Of a DNA stretch of 64,000 bases, positions 27,936 to 38,022 are shown in pieces (the first letter of the stretch is position 1; every line of letters starts with the position of its first letter). The notes under the pieces were generated by a model. It was given only the letters and a program-made list of their open reading frames with translations. It ran no database searches and was not told the origin of the DNA. Position numbers and translations under genes: made by a program. The stretch is from Candidatus Kutchimonas denitrificans (lineage in GTDB: Bacteria > Gemmatimonadota > Gemmatimonadetes > Palauibacterales > KS3-K002): NCBI GenBank assembly GCA_011774835.1, contig JAACAK010000002.1, forward strand, positions 17,685 to 81,684, given 5' to 3'.

Positions 27936-28829
27936 ATGCCCCGTTCAACCACGATGATCCTCGTCGGCTGGCTGCTGACGGGGACCTCGTGCGCGAGCCC
28001 GATCGACCGTGAGAGCGCCCTGGAATCGCTAATCGCGGCGGAGCGATCGTTCGCCCGCACCGCCGAACGGGCGGGCGTCCGCGAAGCGTTCATCGCCTAC
28101 CTGGCCGACGATGGCGTGCTGTTTCGACCACGCCCCGTCAACGCGCAGGCCTATCTGCGTGACCAGGCGCCGACGCCGGGAACCCTCTCCTGGCAACCCG
28201 CCCTGGTCGACGTCGCGCACAGCGATGATCTCGGGTTTTCCACCGGCCCGTGGGAGTACCGTCGCGAGCCGGGCGCCGAGCCTGTCGCGTACGGCCAGTT
28301 CTTTTCGATATGGAAGCGGCAGACCGACGGCAGCTGGAGGGTCGCCCTCGATCACGGCACCTCCAACCCACGACCGGACTCAATCCCGGACGAGGTCAAG
28401 ACGCCGACGCCGCCACCGTACAGCGATGAATGGGCCGCGTCGGCCGGTGGGGGCGCTGCGGCGCGGGACAGACTCCTCGAGATCGATCGGACTTTCAGCG
28501 CCACCAGCGCCGCACGAGGCTTCTTTCACGCGTTGACCAGCTACGCCAGCGCCGACATCCGTGCGCTCCGCAACGGCAGGCCGCCGCTGGCCGGCGTCGA
28601 CGAGCTGCGGGAGCTGGCGGTGGAACGGAACGGACGCTTGACCTGGACTCCGCAGGACGGCGGCGTTTCGCTGAGCGGCGACGTCGGCTACACGTACGGC
28701 GAGTACCGTTACATCTCTCCTGCGGACGGCAGCGAGGAAACCGGTGTCTATGTCCGGGCCTGGCGCCGTGTCTCCGACGAAAGCTGGAGGGTGGTCGTCG
28801 ACCTGATGACGCCGCTGGCGGCGGGCTGA
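27936..28829 (+). CDS. lipoprotein with two NTF2-like (DUF4440/SnoaL-like) domains
   Basis: Lipobox LLTGTSC. Two repeats each end in ...DGSWRVALDHG and ...DESWRVVVDLM. The start is ambiguous (27915, 27936 or 27954). Confidence 0.6.
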   Translation: MPRSTTMILVGWLLTGTSCASPIDRESALESLIAAERSFARTAERAGVREAFIAYLADDGVLFRPRPVNAQAYLRDQAPTPGTLSWQPALVDVAHSDDLGFSTGPWEYRREPGAEPVAYGQFFSIWKRQTDGSWRVALDHGTSNPRPDSIPDEVKTPTPPPYSDEWAASAGGGAAARDRLLEIDRTFSATSAARGFFHALTSYASADIRALRNGRPPLAGVDELRELAVERNGRLTWTPQDGGVSLSGDVGYTYGEYRYISPADGSEETGVYVRAWRRVSDESWRVVVDLMTPLAAG

Positions 28830-28976
28830 GCCGCCAGTCCGCACGGCCGCGGCCCGGCCGGCGACCCTGCGCCTGCGGTAGACCTCACCCATGCGCGGCA
28901 CCGCCGGCTTCGCTATCTTCGCGCCGAAGCTTCGATTCCGATCCGACCGTGGCCGCAGCAAGGCGAAGCCCGAGAC

Positions 28977-29528
28977 ATGATCATCACGATATGGAAGCGG
29001 CGTTTGATCGTTCTGTGTGCGGCCCTGGGCCCGACGGCGGCCGCCTGCGGCGACGGCGGCCCGCTGGACGTGTCCGGTCGATGGCAGGCCGTCCGGATCG
29101 AGTGGACGCAGAACGACCAGCCGGTCACGCTGACGGTCGACGGTGAGCTCCAGATGGGCCGGTTCAAGCTGCCGACGCGGCCGGCCAGCTTCGAGCCGAT
29201 GATCGCGGCCATGGGGCACGTGACGATCGAAGTGAACCAGAACGTGCGCGAGCTGAGCGGTCGAGTGCACGCCGACGCCGAGGCGCCGGGCCCGGTGCTG
29301 AGCCAGGTGGGCGCGCGGCCCGGATCGGTGGTGGCCGAGTTCTCCGGCCGGCTGGTGAACGACACGCTGGGCACGGTTACGGTCGTCACGCCCGACGGGC
29401 GGCAACGCGAGATCGTGCTCGTGATCGAGGCGGATGGTGATCGCGTCGTGGCACGCGCGGTCCCGGTCTTCGGCGAAGCCGACGCCGACGCCGGCGATGT
29501 CGTGCTCGAGCGGGCTCAGCGCATGTAG
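28977..29528 (+). CDS. hypothetical lipoprotein
   Basis: 183 aa. Signal plus lipobox: MIITIWKRRLIVLCAALGPTAAAC. Confidence 0.55.
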   Translation: MIITIWKRRLIVLCAALGPTAAACGDGGPLDVSGRWQAVRIEWTQNDQPVTLTVDGELQMGRFKLPTRPASFEPMIAAMGHVTIEVNQNVRELSGRVHADAEAPGPVLSQVGARPGSVVAEFSGRLVNDTLGTVTVVTPDGRQREIVLVIEADGDRVVARAVPVFGEADADAGDVVLERAQRM

Positions 29529-29585
29529 ATGGCGAGCCTACCGCACAGCTTGAGGCGCGACACGCCCGCTGACTAGATTCCGGCC

Positions 29586-30338
29586 ATGCCGGACCAACCC
29601 GATAGGCGCCGCCGCTACGGCGACAAGGAAGTCGGCCTCATCCTGAAGCGGGCCGCCGAGCTACAGCGCACCGAGCCGGCAGCGGCAGCCGAGGGAGGCG
29701 GTCTCAGCCTCCGAGAGCTGGAGGAGATCGCCACGGAAGCCGGGATCGACCCGCGCTTCATCGGCCGGGCCGCCGCCGAGCTGGACGCGACACCCAGCCA
29801 CGGCCAGGACGCCTCGGCCCTGGTCGGGGCCCCGCTCTCGGTCGAGATCGAGCGCTCGGTCGATGGCGACCTGCCCGCCGACGGCTTCGAGCTTCTCGTC
29901 CCGACCATCCAGCGCTTCGCCGACCGGGTCGGTCAGCCGAGCATGATCGGCCGCACCTTCACCTGGCAGTCTTCCACACCCAACGACATGCGGACGCTTT
30001 ACGTCAGCGTCAGCTCACAGAGCCGACGCACACGGATCCGAATCGAGGAACGCTACAACAACCTTGCCGGAGCGCTGTTCGGCGGCCTGCTGGGAGGCGT
30101 CGGTGGCGGCGTGGGTCTCGGGGTGGGCCTGGGTGTCGGGCTGGGCGCCCTCGGGTCGGTGGCCTTCTCGATCCTCTTCCCCGCCGGCGTCCTCGGGGCC
30201 TCCTACCTGGCCGCCCGCTCGCTCTTCGCGGCAACGGTCCGCAGGCGTCGTCGCGCGCTGCGTCGGCTGATGGACGCGCTGACCGAGGAGACGCTCGCCG
30301 CGATCGAGCGAGCGGATCGACCCGAGCTCGGCTCCTGA
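29586..30338 (+). CDS. hypothetical protein with C-terminal Gly-rich membrane segment
   Basis: 250 aa. Soluble N-terminal region, then GGLLGGVGGGVGLGVGLGVGLGALGSVAFSILFPAGVLGASYL, and a basic tail. No family recognised. Confidence 0.5.
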   Translation: MPDQPDRRRRYGDKEVGLILKRAAELQRTEPAAAAEGGGLSLRELEEIATEAGIDPRFIGRAAAELDATPSHGQDASALVGAPLSVEIERSVDGDLPADGFELLVPTIQRFADRVGQPSMIGRTFTWQSSTPNDMRTLYVSVSSQSRRTRIRIEERYNNLAGALFGGLLGGVGGGVGLGVGLGVGLGALGSVAFSILFPAGVLGASYLAARSLFAATVRRRRRALRRLMDALTEETLAAIERADRPELGS

Positions 30339-30340
30339 GA

Positions 30341-30808
30341 TCAGCCGTTGAGCAGGGCCTCGAGCTTCTCCCGCGGCACCGCTCCGGTCTGCCGCGCCGA
30401 CTCTTCGCCGTCCCTGAACACGATCAATGTGGGAATGCCGCGGATTCCTAACTCCTGCGCCGTCTTCGCGTTGCGGTCCGTGTCGAGTTTGGCGACCAGC
30501 ACTTCGCCCTCGTGCGCCTGCGCGAACTCGTCGAGGACCGGTGCCATGATCTTGCAGGGGCCACACCAATCGGCGTGGAAGTCGACCATGACGGGGACGT
30601 CCGATCCGCTGATGACCTGCCGAAAATCGTCGTCCGTCACTTTGATAGGCCGGTCGAGCAGAATCGGCTTCTTGCACTCGGCACAACGGGGGCCGGCATC
30701 GATCTTCTCGACCTGGACTCGATTACGCGTTAGACAAAACTGACAGGTAACTGTGACTTTCTTGGTGTCCGGCATGTCCGCTATTTCCGGTTGAACCGCT
30801 TTTCTCAT
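30341..30808 (-). CDS. trxC: thioredoxin with N-terminal zinc-finger (thioredoxin-2 type)
   Basis: CQFC...CAEC N-terminal pair followed by VDFHADWCGPCK. The true start may be the second ATG (about 30775). Confidence 0.85.
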   Translation of the reverse strand: MRKAVQPEIADMPDTKKVTVTCQFCLTRNRVQVEKIDAGPRCAECKKPILLDRPIKVTDDDFRQVISGSDVPVMVDFHADWCGPCKIMAPVLDEFAQAHEGEVLVAKLDTDRNAKTAQELGIRGIPTLIVFRDGEESARQTGAVPREKLEALLNG

Positions 30809-30868
30809 TTGGACAGACCTTAATATAGAAAGGTCCGTCGGGGATGGAATGCGGTTCGCACCGGCGCG

Positions 30869-31438
30869 TCATCGCTTGCGTGCGTACATCCCGTCGAACT
30901 GCAACTTCCACGTCGCGCCGCCGTCCAGCGAGCTCTCCCAGACCTGCCGAACGCGTCCGCCCTCCAACGGCGTCCACGTGATCCGGTCGATCACGGCTCC
31001 GCCCCCCGAATCTCGCTTACCGCTCAGCACCATCCGGCCATCCTCGAGGCCGCCGCTCAAACGCAGGTAGATCCCGAGACCGACCCACAGCTGGTGCCAC
31101 TTGCCCGTCCCCGGCTCGTACCAGTTCAGGCTGGTGCCCGTGCGGCCGCTGGCGCTTCGCCAGTACTCGAGCAGGCCGCAACCGCTGGCAACTCGCGTGA
31201 TGGCGTTCGTTCCCACCACCTGGCCCGTCGTGTCGGTCACTTCCCAGTAGCCGAGCCAGAAATCGAACTGCCGGTGCTCGTCGGCCGAGCACGCCGGTAT
31301 CACCGACTCGCCGCTGCCCACCGGAGGCGGCGGTGACGGCGTCTTCTGAGCCGAGCCTGGCTGGGGGAAGGCGGTCAACCCGAGAAAGAGGAATACGAGA
31401 GAGAGAGACGACCTGCACACGAGGTCCTCCTGAGCCAT
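30869..31438 (-). CDS. secreted hypothetical protein
   Basis: Internal ATG 31438, signal peptide SLSLVFLFLGLTAFPQPGSAQ. The remaining sequence is coding-like. No family recognised with confidence. Confidence 0.5.
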   Translation of the reverse strand: MAQEDLVCRSSLSLVFLFLGLTAFPQPGSAQKTPSPPPPVGSGESVIPACSADEHRQFDFWLGYWEVTDTTGQVVGTNAITRVASGCGLLEYWRSASGRTGTSLNWYEPGTGKWHQLWVGLGIYLRLSGGLEDGRMVLSGKRDSGGGAVIDRITWTPLEGGRVRQVWESSLDGGATWKLQFDGMYARKR

Positions 31439-31592
31439 GATCTTCGTTCTCGTCGAATCGCACACATGATAACGCTGTGGCATTCGATTATCCCACGCCC
31501 TTGCGTCGAACTGCTCGCTTTCCGCGACGGGCACCCCTCTCGTGTTGATCAGCCCCACATCGCTCAGTATCGAGCGCCGCGGTCCGGGCTTC

Positions 31593-31625
31593 AAAAAAGA
31601 AGCCCGGGGACAAGCCCCGGGCTTC
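31593..31625 (-). terminator. Rho-independent terminator after the metalloprotease gene
   Basis: Reverse strand: GAAGCCCGGGG-CUUGU-CCCCGGGCUUC followed by UUUUUU, 24 nt downstream of the stop at 31649. Confidence 0.8.
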
Positions 31626-31648
31626 TCCTCCCACCGCGCGGCGGCGCT

Positions 31649-34129
31649 TCATTCCTCCAGATCGAGGACATCATCGATTCGGACTACCGCGTCCTGCAGA
31701 TGCAGTCGGGTGGCCCGATCGAGACCACCGCGGCTCAATGCCCGATTGATGTCGCGCTTCAGCGTCTGGAGCTCGCCACGAACGTACGCCCGGATGTCCG
31801 ATTGAGACACGTTCACCTGCGTCACGAACCTCAGGAAGAACGGGTTGGTGATCGGCGGTGGCTCCTCGGTCATCAGATATTCCATCCGCTCGAGGTATCC
31901 CCGCTGCAGGTTGCGGCGGTAAACGTCGATCGACCGGCCCGAGCCCAGTTCGCTCCAGACCGATCCGCGGAGATCGCCCAGCATCTCACCGAGCGAATAG
32001 GCGCTGCGGCCGTTGCGCGCCTCGTTCTCGATCAGGCGCTGCATGCGGCCGGGATTGAGCAGCAGGTTGACCACCCGCACCTGGACGGAACGCATGCGCT
32101 CGATGGTGCCGACGTTCTCGATTCGCCCGAGAATATCCTCGTTGACCATCCAGGTCGGCGGCGTGAACGCCTGCTCATCGAAGAACTGCATGGCGCGGCG
32201 CTGGGTCGCCTCATCGACGAACTCGTACACCGGGCCCTCCTGGTCGAAGGTCTTTCGCGTCTCCACCACGCCTCCGACGACGGTCGCCACGTGGCCCATG
32301 TAGCGGTTCCACTGGCTGAGGACCTGGCCGTAAAGCTCCTCCAGATCGCCGTAGTCTTCTCGCTCCTCGTAGGTCCAGGTGACAAGGTTTGGGACGATCC
32401 GCTTCAAGTTCTCGATGCCGTACTGGCTGGCGCGCATGGCGTCGTCCCCGAGCGCTTCGGTCTGCGAGGTCGGGTCGATGCCGCTCGGGTCACCGAAGTA
32501 GTAAGTCGGATCGTCGTAATGCTCGACCACCCAGGCATCCAGAACCTCCTCCTCGGCATCGGGCGTCTCGACATCGATGATCGGCCGATAGCCCCACATG
32601 ATCGAGTACTTGTCGTAGGGCCCGATGCCGGGCATGAAGCAAACGCCCTCATCCTCCGGCTGGGCCACGTAGTTGAAGCGGGCGTAGTCCATGATCGACG
32701 GCGCCGTGCCCATCTCGCAGGTGAAGCTGGCGGAACGCAGCGAGTCGACCGGATACGCGGAGCTCGCCTTCATGTTGTGGGGAAGGCCTAGGGTGTGGCC
32801 TACCTCGTGCGCGGCGACGAAGCGAACCAGCTGCCCCATCAGTTCATCGTCGAATTCGACCCCCCGCGCCTCGGGATTCGCCGCTGCGGTCTGCACGAAG
32901 TACCAGTTCCGTAGCAGGTTGATGACGTTGTGGAACCACCCGATGTCGCTCTCGAGGATCTCTCCCGAACGGGGATCGTGCACGTGCGGGCCGTAGGCGT
33001 TCTGGATCTGGGACGGGAACCAGCGAATCACCGAGTAGCGCGCATCCTCGGGGCTGAATTCCGGATCCTCCTCCGGGGTCGGCGCGTCCCGGGCGATGAT
33101 CGCGTTCTCGAAACCCGCCTCGGCGAAGGCGACGTTCCAATCCTCGACGCCCTGTTTGATGTACGGCCGCCACTTTTCCGGCGTGGCCGCGTCGACGTAG
33201 TAGACGATCGGCTCCACCGGCTCCACCAGCTCGCCGCGCCTGAAGGCGGCGGTATCGCTCGGTTCCAGCCGCCAACGCGTGATGTAGCGCCGGGTCACCA
33301 CCTTCTGATCGCTGCGGCCATAATCGACCTGCTGGACGCGGAAGTAGCCGACCCGCTCATCCCAGAGGCGCGGCATCATCGGGTCTTCCGGCAGCAAGAT
33401 CATCGAATGGTTCATCTCGAGCGAGATCGAGCCCGTGGCCGAGTTCGATGGCGGCTGCGCGGCGTTGTACGTGAGCACGACCCGGACTTCGATGTTCTCC
33501 GGGAAGCTCTTCGCCGAACTGATGTACGTGCGGTCCTTGTCCAGGTTACGGACCCTGAAGCGCTCGCGAAGGAAATTGCTCAGCCCCAGAACTCGCACGT
33601 CCGACGTGTAGAGGTTCGTCACCTCGATCACCGCAGCCGCGGTGTCAGGGCCAGCGGTATCGACCTTGAACGCTTCGATGTCAAAGCCCATCACGATCGG
33701 CTCGAAATTGGAATTCCTCACCGCCTCGTAGATCGGTAGCGAGTCAGCGGCCACGTCGGAGTACGAAACGATCCGCAGGAGGATCCTGTCGCCCTGCCGC
33801 TGCCACCTGACGGTCTCGGTGTTGTTCTTTTCGCCGCCGTAACCGATGTTGTCAGCCGTTCGCGCCCGGCGCGATACGATCAGCATCTCGCGGTCCAGCA
33901 GATCCATCGGGATCTCGTAGTAGTACTTCTCCTTGATCTTGTGGACCGCGAACAGCCCCTCGTCGGTTACCGCGTCCGACGTGATGACCTGAGAGTAGGA
34001 CTTGATTCCCTCTTCCTGCTGGTTCCTTCCTGCCTGCGGCGTGGGTCGGGTCTGCGCCTGACCCCCGGCACAAGCGCTGGCGGCGACCCCGGCGAGCAGA
34101 ACGAGAAGTGCGTACACACCACGTCGCAT
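31649..34129 (-). CDS. secreted zinc-dependent metalloprotease (DUF5117/DUF4953-like met-zincin)
   Basis: HEVGHTLGLPHN zinc motif. The start MRRGVYALLVLLAGVAASAC (lipobox-like) is preceded by GGGAG. About 826 aa. Confidence 0.85.
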   Translation of the reverse strand: MRRGVYALLVLLAGVAASACAGGQAQTRPTPQAGRNQQEEGIKSYSQVITSDAVTDEGLFAVHKIKEKYYYEIPMDLLDREMLIVSRRARTADNIGYGGEKNNTETVRWQRQGDRILLRIVSYSDVAADSLPIYEAVRNSNFEPIVMGFDIEAFKVDTAGPDTAAAVIEVTNLYTSDVRVLGLSNFLRERFRVRNLDKDRTYISSAKSFPENIEVRVVLTYNAAQPPSNSATGSISLEMNHSMILLPEDPMMPRLWDERVGYFRVQQVDYGRSDQKVVTRRYITRWRLEPSDTAAFRRGELVEPVEPIVYYVDAATPEKWRPYIKQGVEDWNVAFAEAGFENAIIARDAPTPEEDPEFSPEDARYSVIRWFPSQIQNAYGPHVHDPRSGEILESDIGWFHNVINLLRNWYFVQTAAANPEARGVEFDDELMGQLVRFVAAHEVGHTLGLPHNMKASSAYPVDSLRSASFTCEMGTAPSIMDYARFNYVAQPEDEGVCFMPGIGPYDKYSIMWGYRPIIDVETPDAEEEVLDAWVVEHYDDPTYYFGDPSGIDPTSQTEALGDDAMRASQYGIENLKRIVPNLVTWTYEEREDYGDLEELYGQVLSQWNRYMGHVATVVGGVVETRKTFDQEGPVYEFVDEATQRRAMQFFDEQAFTPPTWMVNEDILGRIENVGTIERMRSVQVRVVNLLLNPGRMQRLIENEARNGRSAYSLGEMLGDLRGSVWSELGSGRSIDVYRRNLQRGYLERMEYLMTEEPPPITNPFFLRFVTQVNVSQSDIRAYVRGELQTLKRDINRALSRGGLDRATRLHLQDAVVRIDDVLDLEE

Positions 34130-34355
34130 GAGACAACTCCCTTCCTGAAGCTTTGCATCCGATTGATGGTTGGGTGGGCGACAAATTAGGCCCCGGTCCC
34201 GTCGGGCGCCAGACGACAGCACCCGGTTGCCTAACGCCCGGATGCGGCCCATCGTACGGAGGCCTATCCAAAACGAGAGCGCCGCGGCATGCCGGGCTCG
34301 CGGACAGCGTTCCGGACCCTTGACCACGGCTCCCCCTGTCGGAGGGACGTGCAGA

Positions 34356-34799
34356 ATGCAATTCGAGACCGAGGCCCAGCAAAAGATCTACGATAGAGTG
34401 CTCCCCTGGGTCACCGACCTGTTCGGCGGCTCGGTACTGCGGAAACCTGACGCGCCGGTGATCGGTGTCATGTACGGTTCGGCCTTCGCGCAAATCGGCG
34501 TCTTTCCCTGGGGCGAGGACGACGCCGTCATCACGACGCGATCGTACGTGGTAACGGGCGTCGATCTGACCGCGGAGCTCCTGGGGTACCTGCTGCTCGA
34601 GAACTCCGGGATGCAGTTCGGCGCCTTCGGAATCGACGAAGAGGGAGACATTCTGTTCGAGCATTCGATCGTCGGTTCGACGTGCGATCAGCGCGAACTG
34701 GAGGCGTCAGTCGTGCACGTGGCGCGGACCGCGGACGACTACGACGACAGGATCGTGGAGCGCTGGGGCGGCGAGCGGGCACTGGATCAGATTCGGTAA
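34356..34799 (+). CDS. YbjN-like (type III secretion chaperone-like fold) protein
   Basis: ATG 34356 preceded by GGAGGG. MQFETEAQQKIYDRVLPWVTDLFG... resembles the YbjN/DUF1821 family. Tentative. Confidence 0.5.
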   Translation: MQFETEAQQKIYDRVLPWVTDLFGGSVLRKPDAPVIGVMYGSAFAQIGVFPWGEDDAVITTRSYVVTGVDLTAELLGYLLLENSGMQFGAFGIDEEGDILFEHSIVGSTCDQRELEASVVHVARTADDYDDRIVERWGGERALDQIR

Positions 34800-34834
34800 T
34801 CAGTATGCGGGCGCACCACAGACTGCGCACCGAA

Positions 34835-37800
34835 CTAATCGCCTGAGTAGGCCGGTTCGAGCTCCGTGCGCGATTTCTTCCGACGTAGCAGCACCCGCAA
34901 ATCGCTGATCAGATACAGCGTCGACGGCAGGAGCAGCAACGTCAAGAACGTTCCGAAGAGCAGGCCGAACGCGACCGATACAGCCATCGGGACGAGAAAC
35001 TGCCCCTGCTCGCTGCGCATGAGGATGATCGGCGCGAGGCCGCCGCAGGTCGTCACCGTGGTGAGCACGATGGGTCGGAACCTCGACATGGCGGCTTCGT
35101 ACAGCGACTCACCGACGTCTTTGCCCTTCGCGATCATCTTGTTGTAGCGGTCCACGAGGACCACCGAGTCGTTGATGATGATCCCCGCCAGCGCCACGAT
35201 GCCCAGGAATGACAGGATCGATACCGGGATCCCAACGATGAAGTGCCCGATGACCGCCCCGATGACGCCCAGCGGGATGAGGCCCAGGATGATCAGCGTC
35301 TGGATCGGTGACTTGAGCAGGAAGAGCAGGATCGTGAACATCGCCACGAAAGCCAGCGTCATGGTGTAGGTCATCGAGTCGACCATCTTGCTGACCTCTT
35401 CCTGCTGTCCGCTGCCTACCGCACGGGACACGCCATCGACGCGAGACAGCACGCTGGGCACGACCTCCCCGTTGACCTCGGCCAGCACCACGTTCAGGTC
35501 GTTCTGGGAATAGTCGAGATCCGCGTACACGGTCACGGAGCGTCGACCGTCGTCATGGCGAATCCGTCGCAGCCCGCGCTCGATATGGTAGTCCGCCACT
35601 TCCTTGAACGGCACGTATTCGCCAGTCGGCGTCCTGACCTTGAGGTTCTCGATCTGAGCGATCGAAACCCGGTCCTCCTTGGGGAAGCGGACCCAGACCT
35701 TGACCTCGTCGCGTCCCTTCTGCAGACGCATTACCTCGTCGCCGTAGAAACCCTGTCGCAGCTGGGTGGTCAGGTCCCGGACCGTGAAGCCCAGCGCCTG
35801 CCCCTTCGGCTTGAGGTCCACGACGAACTCGTTGTTGCCGAGCGGCGTATCGTCCCGGATGTCCTTCACACCGGCGATCCCGCGGAGCTCGTCCTTGAGC
35901 AGTTCCTTCGCCTTGAGTAATTGCTCGTAATCCGAGCTCTGGAAGCGGACCGAGATCGGGGTCCCTCCAAAGGAGAAGCCGCCGACGATGACATTCTCGG
36001 CCGCTGGCACCTCGCCGATGTACTCGGCCAGGGCGTCGGAGAACTCACCCACCGTGAACTCACGCACTGCGGCCGAGGGCAGGACGAAGAAGATGTTGAT
36101 CGTGTTGCCGCCCATCCACGACGTGTAGTTCTTGATCGCGCTCCCCTCGCCCTTGCCAGGGTAGTCCCACTCGTCGCCGAAGGTGACCGCCTGCTGTATC
36201 AGGTCGGTGCGGATCCTGTCCGCCACCTCCGCCGACGTCCCGGCCGGCACCTCGACCTGCATCCGGGCATAGGGCGGCTCGATCGACGGGAAGAACTGGG
36301 CCCTGACATGCTGGCCCTGGAACATGCCCGCGATCACCATGATGATCGCGATCATCCCCGCCGTCACCGCCCAGCGATTGTCGAGGGCGAACCGCAGGAC
36401 CGGGCTGTATACACGATTGACGAGGCCCTCCAGCGCGCCGTTCACCTTCTCACGAACACTAGACAGGAACTTGTGGGCTTCCGGGCGATCCTGGAGCGCT
36501 TTCGAGTGCGACAGGTGGGCCGGCAAGATGATGAACGCCTCGATCAGCGAGAAGGCGAGCGCGATGATGATCACGGCGGCGATCTGCCAGACGTACTTGC
36601 CCAGCATCCCGTAGAAGTAGAAGTACGGGATGAAGGCGATCATCGTCGTGACGACCGAGATCGTCACCGGCTTGATCACGTCCATCGTGCCGTCGATCGC
36701 CGCCTGGATCGGTCTCTTCCCGTACTTCTCGTACTGCGAGTATATGCTCTCGCCGATGATGATCCCGTCGTCCACCAGGATACCGATCACCATGATGATC
36801 CCGAACAGGCTCATCTCGTTGATCGTGATGTCCAGGAGCCAGAGGACGAAGAACATGCCCAGCAGCGAGAACGGGATGCCGAGCGCCACCCAGAAGGAGA
36901 GCCGCACGTTGAGGAAGAGGCCGAGCAGACCGAGGACCAGGAGCAGGCCGAGGAGGCCGTTCGTGGTCATCAGCGACAAACGCTCCTCCAGCTCGTCGGT
37001 ATCCTTGATGAACGTATCGAAGTTGACGAGTCCGGCGTAGCGCGCCTCGTACTCGGCGGCGAGATCCTCGGTGATCCGGGTGATCTCGATGACGTCCTCG
37101 TTGTTGTTGTACATCACGTTGAAGCCGACGGACGGGCGGCCGTTGTACTCGGCGTAGAACATGTTCTCCGGCCACTGCTCCCTGACCGTGGCGATGTCGG
37201 CCAGCCGAATCCGAGTCCCGTCGATCGAGGAGACGACCTCGATCCGCTCGAACTCGGGAGCCTCGTACTTCCGGTTGTACGAGCGGATCAGGATCTCCTC
37301 CTGATCGGTGAGCACCGAACCGGACGAGATGTTCAGGTTCGAGTTCCGGACCGCCCGAGAGATATCTTCGATCGTCAACCGGTAACGCCGCAGGTTCTCC
37401 GGCGATACCTCGATCGAGATTTCACGGTTGGGCAGCCCCCACCACCTCACCTCGGATATGGCGCCCGTCGCCAGCAGGTCGTCGCGGAAGTCCTCGACGA
37501 TCCGCTTCAGAGTGAACAGGTCCTCGGGCCCGTAGATGCTCAGCATGACCGCGCGGTTCCACTGCGTCTCCTGGAAGACGACGGGGTTCTCCGCGCCGGT
37601 GGGATACGAGTTGATCGAGTTGACGGCGTTCCGGATGCTCTGGAGCGCCTTGTTCATGTCGTAGTCGGGGATGAGCTCTACGTCCAGGCTGGCGAAGCCG
37701 TCGGACGAGACGGAGGAGACGTTCTGGATCCCCTCAATTCCGCGCAGCGCTTCCTCGATCTTGATCGTGATCCCCTCTTCGACCTCGACGGCCGAGGCCC

Positions 37801-37960
37801 CCGGATAGGGGACCTGGATCGAGACTTCCTCGATCTCGAGCTTCGGTGCCAGGCGCCGCTCGAGATTGAAGAGCGCGAAGACGCCCGCCAGCATCACGGC
37901 GAGCATCACCCAGTTGGTGACAATGCGGTGCTTTATGAAATAGTTTATGACGTTCTTCAT
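34835..37960 (-). CDS. RND efflux transporter permease (AcrB/HAE family)
   Basis: 1041 aa with the 12-TM architecture and two large periplasmic loops. The typical N-terminus is FIKHRIVTNWVMLAVMLAG. Confidence 0.9.
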   Translation of the reverse strand: MKNVINYFIKHRIVTNWVMLAVMLAGVFALFNLERRLAPKLEIEEVSIQVPYPGASAVEVEEGITIKIEEALRGIEGIQNVSSVSSDGFASLDVELIPDYDMNKALQSIRNAVNSINSYPTGAENPVVFQETQWNRAVMLSIYGPEDLFTLKRIVEDFRDDLLATGAISEVRWWGLPNREISIEVSPENLRRYRLTIEDISRAVRNSNLNISSGSVLTDQEEILIRSYNRKYEAPEFERIEVVSSIDGTRIRLADIATVREQWPENMFYAEYNGRPSVGFNVMYNNNEDVIEITRITEDLAAEYEARYAGLVNFDTFIKDTDELEERLSLMTTNGLLGLLLVLGLLGLFLNVRLSFWVALGIPFSLLGMFFVLWLLDITINEMSLFGIIMVIGILVDDGIIIGESIYSQYEKYGKRPIQAAIDGTMDVIKPVTISVVTTMIAFIPYFYFYGMLGKYVWQIAAVIIIALAFSLIEAFIILPAHLSHSKALQDRPEAHKFLSSVREKVNGALEGLVNRVYSPVLRFALDNRWAVTAGMIAIIMVIAGMFQGQHVRAQFFPSIEPPYARMQVEVPAGTSAEVADRIRTDLIQQAVTFGDEWDYPGKGEGSAIKNYTSWMGGNTINIFFVLPSAAVREFTVGEFSDALAEYIGEVPAAENVIVGGFSFGGTPISVRFQSSDYEQLLKAKELLKDELRGIAGVKDIRDDTPLGNNEFVVDLKPKGQALGFTVRDLTTQLRQGFYGDEVMRLQKGRDEVKVWVRFPKEDRVSIAQIENLKVRTPTGEYVPFKEVADYHIERGLRRIRHDDGRRSVTVYADLDYSQNDLNVVLAEVNGEVVPSVLSRVDGVSRAVGSGQQEEVSKMVDSMTYTMTLAFVAMFTILLFLLKSPIQTLIILGLIPLGVIGAVIGHFIVGIPVSILSFLGIVALAGIIINDSVVLVDRYNKMIAKGKDVGESLYEAAMSRFRPIVLTTVTTCGGLAPIILMRSEQGQFLVPMAVSVAFGLLFGTFLTLLLLPSTLYLISDLRVLLRRKKSRTELEPAYSGD

Positions 37961-38022
37961 TTCGTTATTCGCTCTAATCGGTGCTCTTCATCCTGCTGAA
38001 GCCCGGCGTCAGCCGAATCCGC

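Noticed and set aside
31584-31607. Plus-strand hairpin CCGGGCTTC-AAAAAA-GAAGCCCGG, considered as a separate terminator.
   Set aside because: It shares sequence with the strong reverse-strand terminator (31593..31625). No plus-strand gene ends nearby, and it lacks a following T-run on the plus strand.
35921-37999. 692-aa plus-strand ORF inside the RND transporter gene (a similar one, 37981..39282, lies inside the MFP gene).
   Set aside because: It is antisense to a canonical AcrB-family gene. The D/R/H/E-rich translation has no family resemblance.
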